From Candidatus Bathyarchaeota archaeon B26-2 (GTDB lineage: Archaea; Thermoproteota; Bathyarchaeia; Bathyarchaeales; B26-1), in assembly GCA_001593935.1 (NCBI GenBank), contig LUCE01000001.1, positions 430-64,429 on the forward strand: a stretch of DNA of 64,000 bases, in the 5' to 3' direction. Positions 57,376 through 64,000 of the stretch are shown here, one piece after another. Each line of letters opens with the position of its first letter. Within the stretch, counting starts at the first letter, position 1. The notes below the pieces were generated by a model that saw nothing but the letters and a program-made list of their open reading frames with translations, did no database searches and was not told the DNA's origin. Made by a program: the position numbers and the translations under genes.

Positions 57376-57514
57376 GCCCAGACCGGGGAGCAGGCTTTAA
57401 CCGCTTGCATAAGTGCGACGAGTCCTCCGGTCGAAACGGCTGAAGGCCGGCGGACGATAAAGACGTCGCACTTATGGGCTGGTCAAGCGTTAAGGCTTAG
57501 ACTCGGTTCTGGGC
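57376..57514 (+). ncRNA. Unclassified ~139-nt highly structured RNA (extended hairpin)
   Basis: About 48 hand-paired bp. The helices are 57376-82/57508-14 (7 bp), 57383-87/57502-06 (5 bp), 57392-400/57490-98 (9 bp), 57402-07/57484-89 (6 bp), 57408-20/57464-76 (13 bp, perfect) and 57422-30/57447-55 (4+4 bp), closing a 16-nt apical loop. Three G.U pairs would be A.C on the other strand. A TATA box lies upstream and TTTTCGTTTT lies downstream. Confidence 0.45.
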
Positions 57515-57525
57515 ATTTTCGTTTT
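57515..57525 (+). terminator. T-rich terminator candidate after the structured RNA
   Basis: ATTTTCGTTTT lies immediately 3' of the closing helix. Confidence 0.3.
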
Positions 57526-57563
57526 AGGTAAAAATTAAGTTTTTATTGAGCCGTACCTAGTAT

Positions 57564-59318
57564 CTAAAGTGTCTTCAGTTGGCTCTTGTACATCTCAACG
57601 ATCTCGTCGACGGTTGTTGAGTCTTCAGCCGCTTTGTCAAGCCGGTAGTTTCCTGTGAACCTCGGGAACCTTATGGCTAGTCCGCTTCCCTTCCTTATGA
57701 GGTCCATAGCGCATGTGTGGGTTGGACTGAGGGTTATCTCTGCCCCTATAACCTCTATGACTATCTGCGGCGTGAACCAGACGTCGGCCTCAAGTGTAGA
57801 TTTAACTCTGGGGTGCCGGTGAGGTATCCTGTAGGCTTTCAGGAGTTCGGGTATCTTCTTTAGGTCTTCATCCGTGAACCCTGAACCGATCTTGCAGACG
57901 GTCTCGAATGCGTCTTCTCTCTTGTTGTAAGCCGCTAAGAGTAGAGCGCCATATGTTCCAGCCCTCTTCCCTCTCCCGTAAAAGGCTCCAACCACAACCA
58001 AGTCTACGGTGTCGGTCATCTCGCTCTTGTAGTCACGCTTGTACTTTATCCAGAGCCATCCCCGGGCTCCAGCTTGGTAGACCGAGTCCTCCGAGATGGA
58101 CTTGCAGACAAGTCCTTCGCAACCGTTCTCTATAGCTTCCTCGAAGAACTTCTCCAGCTCCTCCGGGCTGTCGGTGATGAGGTATTTAGCGATCTTGACG
58201 CGGTCTCCCTCTTCAATTATATCCTCGAGAACCTTATGCCGGTTTAAGTAAGGCTCAAGTGTTAGGTCTCTCCCGTCCGCGTAGAGCACATCGAAGACGA
58301 AGAGAGAGATGGGATACTCTTCTATGGCCTCAGCGATCTCGTGTTTTCGTCTTCTATGCATGAGCTCTTGGAAAGGCCGCATCTCACCCGTGTCGGGGTC
58401 AACGGCGACGCATTCAGCCTCGATTATGGCCTCTTTGGCTTTCACGCTCCTTTTTACGAGCTGGACGACGTCTGGATACTGGCTCGTTATATTCTCGAGT
58501 CTTCTAGAGAAGAGCATAACTCGGTTTCCATCTTTGTGAGCTTGTATCCTCTCGCCGTCATACTTGTATTCGGCTATACACTCGCCTCCGAGCTTCTCGA
58601 GTATCTCTTGAGACGAACTCAACCGTTCGGCAAGCATCGGCCTTATGGGGCTCCCAACAGAGACTTTAAACCTTTTTATCTCCTCGATTCCGCCCGCAAC
58701 AAGGACCCTCGCAACCTTCCCAAGGTCAGAAGAGATGTTGTAGGCTCTCTCGAGGACTTCTCTGGCCTCTTTACCTCCGCCATAGGCTATTGCTAGGGCG
58801 TCGAGGACTGTCATGTCGGCAACGCCGAGTCTGAGCTTACCTGTGACCGTTCGGAGGATGTACCTCGCCTCTTTGGGGGTTGCATCGACTAGGAGCCCCG
58901 CCAACAGGTTTATCTTCTGGTCCACGGAGCCTGAACCAGTGGTCTTCGCTATCTTGTCGAGGGTCCAGTACACCATCTGGACCGTTAGGGGCTTCTGGAA
59001 AAGCGATACTTGGAGCCTCTTCTCTAAGAACTTCTGCGCCGTCTCACCCAAGTCTCCAGTAGTCTCCAAGTCGCTGGTTACCTCCTTCTCGCTTCGGCCA
59101 GTAGCCCTAGACACTGCCTTTATGGCGAGCTTCTCAGCGATCCCTATCTCAACCCCCATGTAGTCGGGGTAGAGCTTACCCTGCGTCAGGTAGACAACTT
59201 TGTCAATCAGGTCAGGCGGGGTCTTCTTAAGAAGGTCAACTAGGTACTCCGTCATCTCAAGCCTCTTCGTCGTGCCCTCAATCTTCTCGTAGGCTTCGGC
59301 GACCAGAGAGTACCTCAA
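57564..59318 (-). CDS. lig: ATP-dependent DNA ligase
   Basis: 584 aa. Adenylation motif EYKYDGERIQ, plus LFVFDVLY, EGLVCK, WLKYKRDY-like WIKYKRDY. Confidence 0.9.
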   Translation of the reverse strand: MRYSLVAEAYEKIEGTTKRLEMTEYLVDLLKKTPPDLIDKVVYLTQGKLYPDYMGVEIGIAEKLAIKAVSRATGRSEKEVTSDLETTGDLGETAQKFLEKRLQVSLFQKPLTVQMVYWTLDKIAKTTGSGSVDQKINLLAGLLVDATPKEARYILRTVTGKLRLGVADMTVLDALAIAYGGGKEAREVLERAYNISSDLGKVARVLVAGGIEEIKRFKVSVGSPIRPMLAERLSSSQEILEKLGGECIAEYKYDGERIQAHKDGNRVMLFSRRLENITSQYPDVVQLVKRSVKAKEAIIEAECVAVDPDTGEMRPFQELMHRRRKHEIAEAIEEYPISLFVFDVLYADGRDLTLEPYLNRHKVLEDIIEEGDRVKIAKYLITDSPEELEKFFEEAIENGCEGLVCKSISEDSVYQAGARGWLWIKYKRDYKSEMTDTVDLVVVGAFYGRGKRAGTYGALLLAAYNKREDAFETVCKIGSGFTDEDLKKIPELLKAYRIPHRHPRVKSTLEADVWFTPQIVIEVIGAEITLSPTHTCAMDLIRKGSGLAIRFPRFTGNYRLDKAAEDSTTVDEIVEMYKSQLKTL

Positions 59319-59536
59319 AGCTCAGCCCTCAGGAAATACACAAAGACTACTCAAGTATAATTGGATTACAGACTCATAAATGATGTGGATTTACCGCTCA
59401 GAAAGTTGAGGTGCATGTTTCTCTCCTAAAAGAGGAATTATGATTGAGGCTGCGCACTTTCTTCACCCAAAAAAGTTAGAGTATAATCTTTTAAATGGTT
59501 GGAGATATGGATATTGAGTAAGGGGGTATAGAACCA

Positions 59537-60637
59537 TTGAACCATCTGGAACGTTTTCATAGAGTCTTCGAATTTAAAGAGGTTGATAGGGTTCCGGACT
59601 ACGAGTTCGGCTACTGGACCGAGACCGTTGACCGTTGGCATAGGGAGGGTCTCCCACTAGAGAAGAAGACTCACAGGGATATCGAGCTCTACTTAGGCCT
59701 TGAGGGGTGGGACTGCGTCGAGAGGCTGCCCGTGAGAACAGGTTTCTGGCCCACCTTGCCAGGCCGCATAATTGAGGAGAAGGGAGACCGGGTTACGATG
59801 GAGGACGGCATGGGAGGAATCTACATACGCCCAGCGGCCACATCCTCAATCCCGCATTATATACGCTACCCTTTGAGGAGCAAAGAAGACTGGGAAAAAC
59901 TTAAGCCTTTCTTCGACCCGGACACCCCCGGACGGTTTCCACTAAACTGGGATGAGGTGGCTGAGAGCTATAAGGAGAGGGACTACCCGCTTGGAATCTC
60001 TGTTGGAAGCCTCTACGGATGGCTTAGGAACATGATGGGCGTCGAGAGGATATCCATAGCGTTCTATAGGGACCCAGACTGGATAGCGGAGATGATGGAT
60101 ACGTTGGTCAACCTCTGGATCAAGATTATAAGAAGAGCGCTCCGCAAGGTACGGGTTGACTTCGCAACTTGGTGGGAGGACATGTGCTACAATAGGGGGC
60201 CACTCATATCTGTTCGGCACTTCGAGGAGTTCATGGTTCCAAGATACAAGAAGGTTACATCCGTCTTGAAAGAGTACGGCGTAAAGATAAACGTACTCGA
60301 CTCGGACGGCGACATCACCCTGCTAGTCCCGGGGTGGCTCGAGGCTGGGATAAACTGCATGTTCCCCGTGGAGGCGCGGTGTACAGATATTTATAAACTT
60401 AGAGAGAAGTTCGGGCATAAAGTTCTCTTTATGGGAGGAGTCGACAAAAGAGCCTTGATAACGGGTGGAAAAGCCATAGACAAGGAACTGGAGCGGCTTA
60501 CACCCTTGCTGAAAGAGGGAGGATACATACCGATGGTTGACCATAGATGTCCACCCGACATCTCCTATCAGACTTACCTATACTACCTAAAGAAGAAACG
60601 GGAATGGATCGGAAGAACCGAGGTGGTAGAGCGTTAA
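59537..60637 (+). CDS. URO-D-like family protein, paralog A
   Basis: 366 aa. DRVPDYEFGYW..., WWEDMCYNRGPLISVRHFEEFMVPRYKKV..., DSDGDITLLVPGWLEAGINCMFPVE, GGVDKRAL. Confidence 0.6.
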   Translation: MNHLERFHRVFEFKEVDRVPDYEFGYWTETVDRWHREGLPLEKKTHRDIELYLGLEGWDCVERLPVRTGFWPTLPGRIIEEKGDRVTMEDGMGGIYIRPAATSSIPHYIRYPLRSKEDWEKLKPFFDPDTPGRFPLNWDEVAESYKERDYPLGISVGSLYGWLRNMMGVERISIAFYRDPDWIAEMMDTLVNLWIKIIRRALRKVRVDFATWWEDMCYNRGPLISVRHFEEFMVPRYKKVTSVLKEYGVKINVLDSDGDITLLVPGWLEAGINCMFPVEARCTDIYKLREKFGHKVLFMGGVDKRALITGGKAIDKELERLTPLLKEGGYIPMVDHRCPPDISYQTYLYYLKKKREWIGRTEVVER

Positions 60638-60683
60638 ACTTAAACAGAACGGACGTCTATCTGGAAGGGAGGCGCAGTTCGCA

Positions 60684-61529
60684 ATGTCCTTTAAGATTGA
60701 CTGTCACACCCATATAGGTAACTATAAGGATGCCCGTTGGACTGGTAAGTGGGGTGAGGTCACACCGGAGTTTCTCATAGAATACCTTGACAAGCACGAG
60801 GTTGATAAGGCCGTCGTCCTGCCGACCTACAGCCTCGACATGAGAAACCATACGCCGACCGAGTACGTCATAGAGGCTTGTAAAGAACGGCCAGAGAGGT
60901 TCATCCCTTTCTGCGTCGTCGAGGTTAGGGAAGAAGGCTTCGAAGAGAAAATTGTCAAATACGTGGAAGAAGGCTGTGTAGGCGTCGGAGAACACACATC
61001 GAAGATACCGATAGATCACAGACTGAACCTTAAACTATACAAGATTTGTGGAAGACTGGAACTTCCCATCCTGATCCACATAGCCACCTCGGAGACGAAC
61101 GAGTATGGAGCCCTAGATACAACCGACCTAAAGGGGCTTGAGAGAGTTCTGAAGGAGAATAGCAACGTAGACTTCATAATGCATGGACCGGGTTGGTGGA
61201 GGTGCATGTCGAAGAGGTTCGACCCCAACGTTGGATACCCGAAGGGCAAGATCGAAGAGCCCGGGAGAGCCGTAGAACTACTCGAAGAGTACGAGAACCT
61301 CTATGGGGACCTCTCAGCCGGGTCTGGATACAACGCCTTGGCCAGAGATTTGGAGTTCGCTAAGCCCTTCTTGGAAAGGTTGAACCGGAAACTGCTTTAC
61401 GGGACAGACTTAGTAGACTTCTTTGATCCGGGATACGTGCATATACGCCTACTTGAAGGGTTTAACCTAAGCATGGAAGCCTACGAGAACATCTATCACA
61501 GAAACCTCGAGAGACTTATACACCGCTAA
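60684..61529 (+). CDS. Amidohydrolase_2 (PF04909-like) TIM-barrel metal hydrolase
   Basis: IDCHTHIGNY at the N-terminus, ILIHIA, IMHGPG, LYGTDL near the C-terminus. Confidence 0.7.
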   Translation: MSFKIDCHTHIGNYKDARWTGKWGEVTPEFLIEYLDKHEVDKAVVLPTYSLDMRNHTPTEYVIEACKERPERFIPFCVVEVREEGFEEKIVKYVEEGCVGVGEHTSKIPIDHRLNLKLYKICGRLELPILIHIATSETNEYGALDTTDLKGLERVLKENSNVDFIMHGPGWWRCMSKRFDPNVGYPKGKIEEPGRAVELLEEYENLYGDLSAGSGYNALARDLEFAKPFLERLNRKLLYGTDLVDFFDPGYVHIRLLEGFNLSMEAYENIYHRNLERLIHR

Positions 61530-61670
61530 ATCGCGTAGTTGAACCTGAACGGAGAAGATAAAGGTACCTTTTATTATCCTTCAAGTGCCTTCGGAAGCCC
61601 TTCCCCAACTTATAATTGGAGATAGCTGATATGCATACGAGAAGCGGCGGATGGAAGAGGGGACCGTAAC

Positions 61671-62771
61671 ATGACACCGGAGGAGAGGATACTGGCCGTC
61701 TTCGAGAGGCGTCCTAAAGATAAGATTCCGTGGAACATAAGGCCTGAATGCTGGTACTTCACTAACAAGGCTAAGGGAACCCTTCCAGCCGAGTACAGGA
61801 ACTTGAGCATAGCAGAGGTCTGTAGGAGATGGGGTGCAAGCTGGAGATGCTATTCGGGGTATTCTGTGGAGTCGGCCGTCAAGGTTAGGTTCGGAGGTGA
61901 CGTGGAGACTATCGTTAGGCGTGAGGGTAGAATAACTGTAACCACGACCAAGACTCCAGTAGGCACGCTTAGAACGGTCTCTAAAAGGGACGAGTTAGGG
62001 ACCACTCAGAGGTTGATGGAGTACCCGATCAAGAGCCTAGAGGACTTCAGGCCTTTCAGGTACCTTCTCGAGAACGTTGAGGTCTGGTTTGACTGTGAGG
62101 CCTATGAGAGGTTGCGGAGGCTCGTGGGAGGGAATGGCATAGTCTCGTATTTCTTTCCTAGAACTCCTTTGCAGGCGCTTTTCTTGAAGCTTATGGGCGT
62201 CACGAGAACCATTAAGTTTCTCTTCCGCCACAGACACGAGGTTGAAGGCTTGATGGAGGATATCGAACGGTACAACGATAAGTTCTATGAGGTCATAGCG
62301 TCCTCCCCCATCAAGATACTGAATTTAGGAGAGAATATAGACGTGAGGATAACCTCTCCGAAACTCTTTAAGAAGTACTGTCTACCCCGCTACCAGGAGA
62401 GGAGCAGCTACTTGCACAAGAGAGGAAAGTTCGTCCACATCCATGTGGACGGGTACGCTAAGCCCCTCCTACCACTCTTCAAAGAAACCGGTCTAGACGG
62501 CATAGAAGCCCTAACGCCCAAGCCCGTTGGAGACTTCACCCTTGAGGATTTAAAGGACGCTCTGGGAGATGAGATGGTTATAGTAGACGGGGTTCCCTAC
62601 ATCTTCTTCGTACCGTCGATGGGAGTCGAGAGGCTGGAACGCTTCGTTAGAAAGATAATCTCGATGTTTCCTGAGAACTTGGTCTTGGGGATTTCAGATG
62701 AGCTGCCTCCGCCATCAGACGAGAGGAGAGTTAAGAGGGTCTCAGAGATAATAGATGAGTTATGTAAATGA
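61671..62771 (+). CDS. URO-D-like family protein, paralog B (divergent)
   Basis: 366 aa. DKIPWNIRPECWY..., GENIDVRITSPKLFKKYCLPRYQE..., HIHVDGYAKPLLPLFKETGLDGIEAL. Confidence 0.55.
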   Translation: MTPEERILAVFERRPKDKIPWNIRPECWYFTNKAKGTLPAEYRNLSIAEVCRRWGASWRCYSGYSVESAVKVRFGGDVETIVRREGRITVTTTKTPVGTLRTVSKRDELGTTQRLMEYPIKSLEDFRPFRYLLENVEVWFDCEAYERLRRLVGGNGIVSYFFPRTPLQALFLKLMGVTRTIKFLFRHRHEVEGLMEDIERYNDKFYEVIASSPIKILNLGENIDVRITSPKLFKKYCLPRYQERSSYLHKRGKFVHIHVDGYAKPLLPLFKETGLDGIEALTPKPVGDFTLEDLKDALGDEMVIVDGVPYIFFVPSMGVERLERFVRKIISMFPENLVLGISDELPPPSDERRVKRVSEIIDELCK

Positions 62772-62874
62772 AGGGAGGTCCAGTTCCTCCTTTTAACTTT
62801 GTCTTCTAACATCAAGAGATGTTGTGGAAACTAAGGGACACCTTATTAAAGCGTGTTGAACTGTAATTGTTTAA

Positions 62875-63738
62875 GTGTTGGGGGCTACGGTCTTGGTTAG
62901 GCTTGCCTTCTGGAAGATGCATGGACTCGGCAACGATTACGTAGTGATCGACAATCGAGACCGAAGGGTAGAGGAGCGAAGTCTTGGAGATCTTGCGAGG
63001 GTCCTCTGTAAGCGGAGGTTCTCAGTTGGGGCTGACGGTGTTCTCCTCCTCTACGAGTCAAGCGTGGCCGACGTCAAGATGAGAATCTTCAATTCTGACG
63101 GGACGGAGGCTGAGATGTGCGGTAACGGTATCAGGTGTTTAGCCAAGTACTGCTACGAGAACAGCGTCATCGAGAAGGAAGAGATGACCGTGGAAACCTT
63201 GGCCGGCGTAAAGAATCTCCATCTCACCGTGATGAACGGCAAGGTCAGGTCCGTCAGGGTTGATATGGGGAGGCCCATCTTCGAGAGGGAAAGCATACCG
63301 ATGCTCGGCGAGGGAGTATGCATAGACGAGGAACTCGATGTCGACGGGGAGACCTACAAGGTGACATGTCTCTCTGTTGGGAACCCTCACTGCGTAGTCT
63401 TCGTTGAAGATACGGAGAGTTTCCCTGTTAGGACCGTAGGGCCGAGGATAGAGAGACATAAACTCTTCCCCAATAGGGTCAACGTCGAGTTCGTCGAGGT
63501 TCTGAGCAGAGATTATCTGAAGGTTAGGGTCTGGGAGAGAGGGGTAGGTGAAACCCTAGCGTGTGGAACTGGGGCCTGTGCGGCTGTGGCTGCGGGTGTG
63601 GTCCTTGGCATGGTCGACCGGAAGTGCACGGTTCACCTCCTTGGAGGAGACTTGCAGTTTGAGTATGGAGAGACCATGCTGATGACGGGGCCGGCGGAGA
63701 AGGCTTATGAGGGATTTATAGACCTTGAGTATACATGA
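62875..63738 (+). CDS. dapF: Diaminopimelate epimerase
   Basis: FWKMHGLGNDYVVID, CGNGIRC, VGNPHCV, ACGTGACA. The true start is possibly TTG 62893. Confidence 0.85.
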   Translation: MLGATVLVRLAFWKMHGLGNDYVVIDNRDRRVEERSLGDLARVLCKRRFSVGADGVLLLYESSVADVKMRIFNSDGTEAEMCGNGIRCLAKYCYENSVIEKEEMTVETLAGVKNLHLTVMNGKVRSVRVDMGRPIFERESIPMLGEGVCIDEELDVDGETYKVTCLSVGNPHCVVFVEDTESFPVRTVGPRIERHKLFPNRVNVEFVEVLSRDYLKVRVWERGVGETLACGTGACAAVAAGVVLGMVDRKCTVHLLGGDLQFEYGETMLMTGPAEKAYEGFIDLEYT

Positions 63739-63759
63739 TAGAAAGGGTGTGCGGTTGTG

Positions 63760-64000
63760 ATGATAGAGTTCTCCGAGAGGGTTAAGAGGCTTCCACCCTA
63801 CATATTCGCGGAGCTGGAGAAGATCATAAACGAGAAGAAGCGTCTAGGCCTCGACATAATCTCGCTGAGCATCGGGGACCCAGACTTGCCGCCTCCACCC
63901 TTCGTGCTTGAGGCTTTGAGGGAGGAGAGCTCCAACCCGAAGAATCACAACTACTCTCTAAGCCAAGGCGAACCAGAGTTCAGGGAGGCCGTGGCGGAGT
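63760..64000 (+). CDS. Class-I aminotransferase, LL-diaminopimelate aminotransferase (DapL)-like; 5' partial, runs off the window
   Basis: Hand-translated as MIEFSERVKRLPPYIFAELEKIINEKKRLGLDIISLSIGDPDLPPPPFVLEAL... Sits immediately after dapF. Confidence 0.5.
   Translation, partial: MIEFSERVKRLPPYIFAELEKIINEKKRLGLDIISLSIGDPDLPPPPFVLEALREESSNPKNHNYSLSQGEPEFREAVAE

Noticed and set aside
57376-57514. Tested the structured RNA as 5S rRNA, SRP (4.5S/7S) RNA, RNase P RNA, intron-containing tRNA and H/ACA guide.
   Set aside because: It has a single extended hairpin rather than a three-way 5S junction. It lacks the SRP helix-8 GGAA/AGCA loops, the GAGGAAAGUCC / ACAGAA RNase P elements, a T-loop, and an ACA box after the closing helix. 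It is reported as unclassified instead.
59378-59450. ATGATGT near the lig promoter region as a possible C/D-box sRNA.
   Set aside because: There are no CTGA D/D' boxes at the appropriate spacing and no terminal stem.
1-64000. Looked for CRISPR arrays, long direct or inverted repeats, transposase/integrase genes, tRNA and rRNA genes.
   Set aside because: I saw no spaced identical repeats, no recombinase-like ORFs, and no intergenic segment with a cloverleaf-compatible acceptor/T-arm. Visual scanning can miss short or degenerate elements.

Overview
This is a dense (roughly 90% coding) archaeal chromosomal segment with about 60 protein genes. By eye I found no rRNA, tRNA, CRISPR array, transposase or integrase. 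Lineage markers point to a TACK-type archaeon, possibly Bathyarchaeia-like; that is inference only. The markers are separate, overlapping kae1/bud32 genes, a TFE-beta/RPC34-like wHTH-FeS protein, a RecJ/GAN-like gene next to rps15, and H4MPT C1 genes. Contents from left to right: (1) an FrhB-like F420 protein facing an fwdA-fwdC-mch operon; (2) a tandem amidohydrolase fusion plus a DUF3604/PHP protein; (3) an isolated uS19 gene and pyrD-pyrK-pyrE; (4) a lower-GC block of about 20 kb (14.5-34.5 kb) with two Opp/Dpp-type peptide ABC importers, an ABC-2 exporter and a repeat-rich surface protein; (5) a split APH-like kinase / P-loop kinase / TrpH-like PHP triad; (6) three URO-D-like paralogs with amidohydrolases; (7) housekeeping genes (uL16/L10e, ppsA, dph2, uS15, RecJ-like, Pcc1, ITPase, Bud32, Kae1, RlmE, DNA ligase, dapF, dapL); (8) several orphans. 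The best candidates for something undescribed are three. First, a roughly 139-nt highly base-paired RNA with its own TATA box and T-rich terminator (57376-57514), next to an Hjc-like nuclease-fold orphan. Second, the kinase/kinase/PHP triad (34.6-37.2 kb). Third, the URO-D-like/amidohydrolase_2 cluster (59.5-62.8 kb). All functional calls rest on motif and pattern recognition from the translated ORFs. No database search was run.
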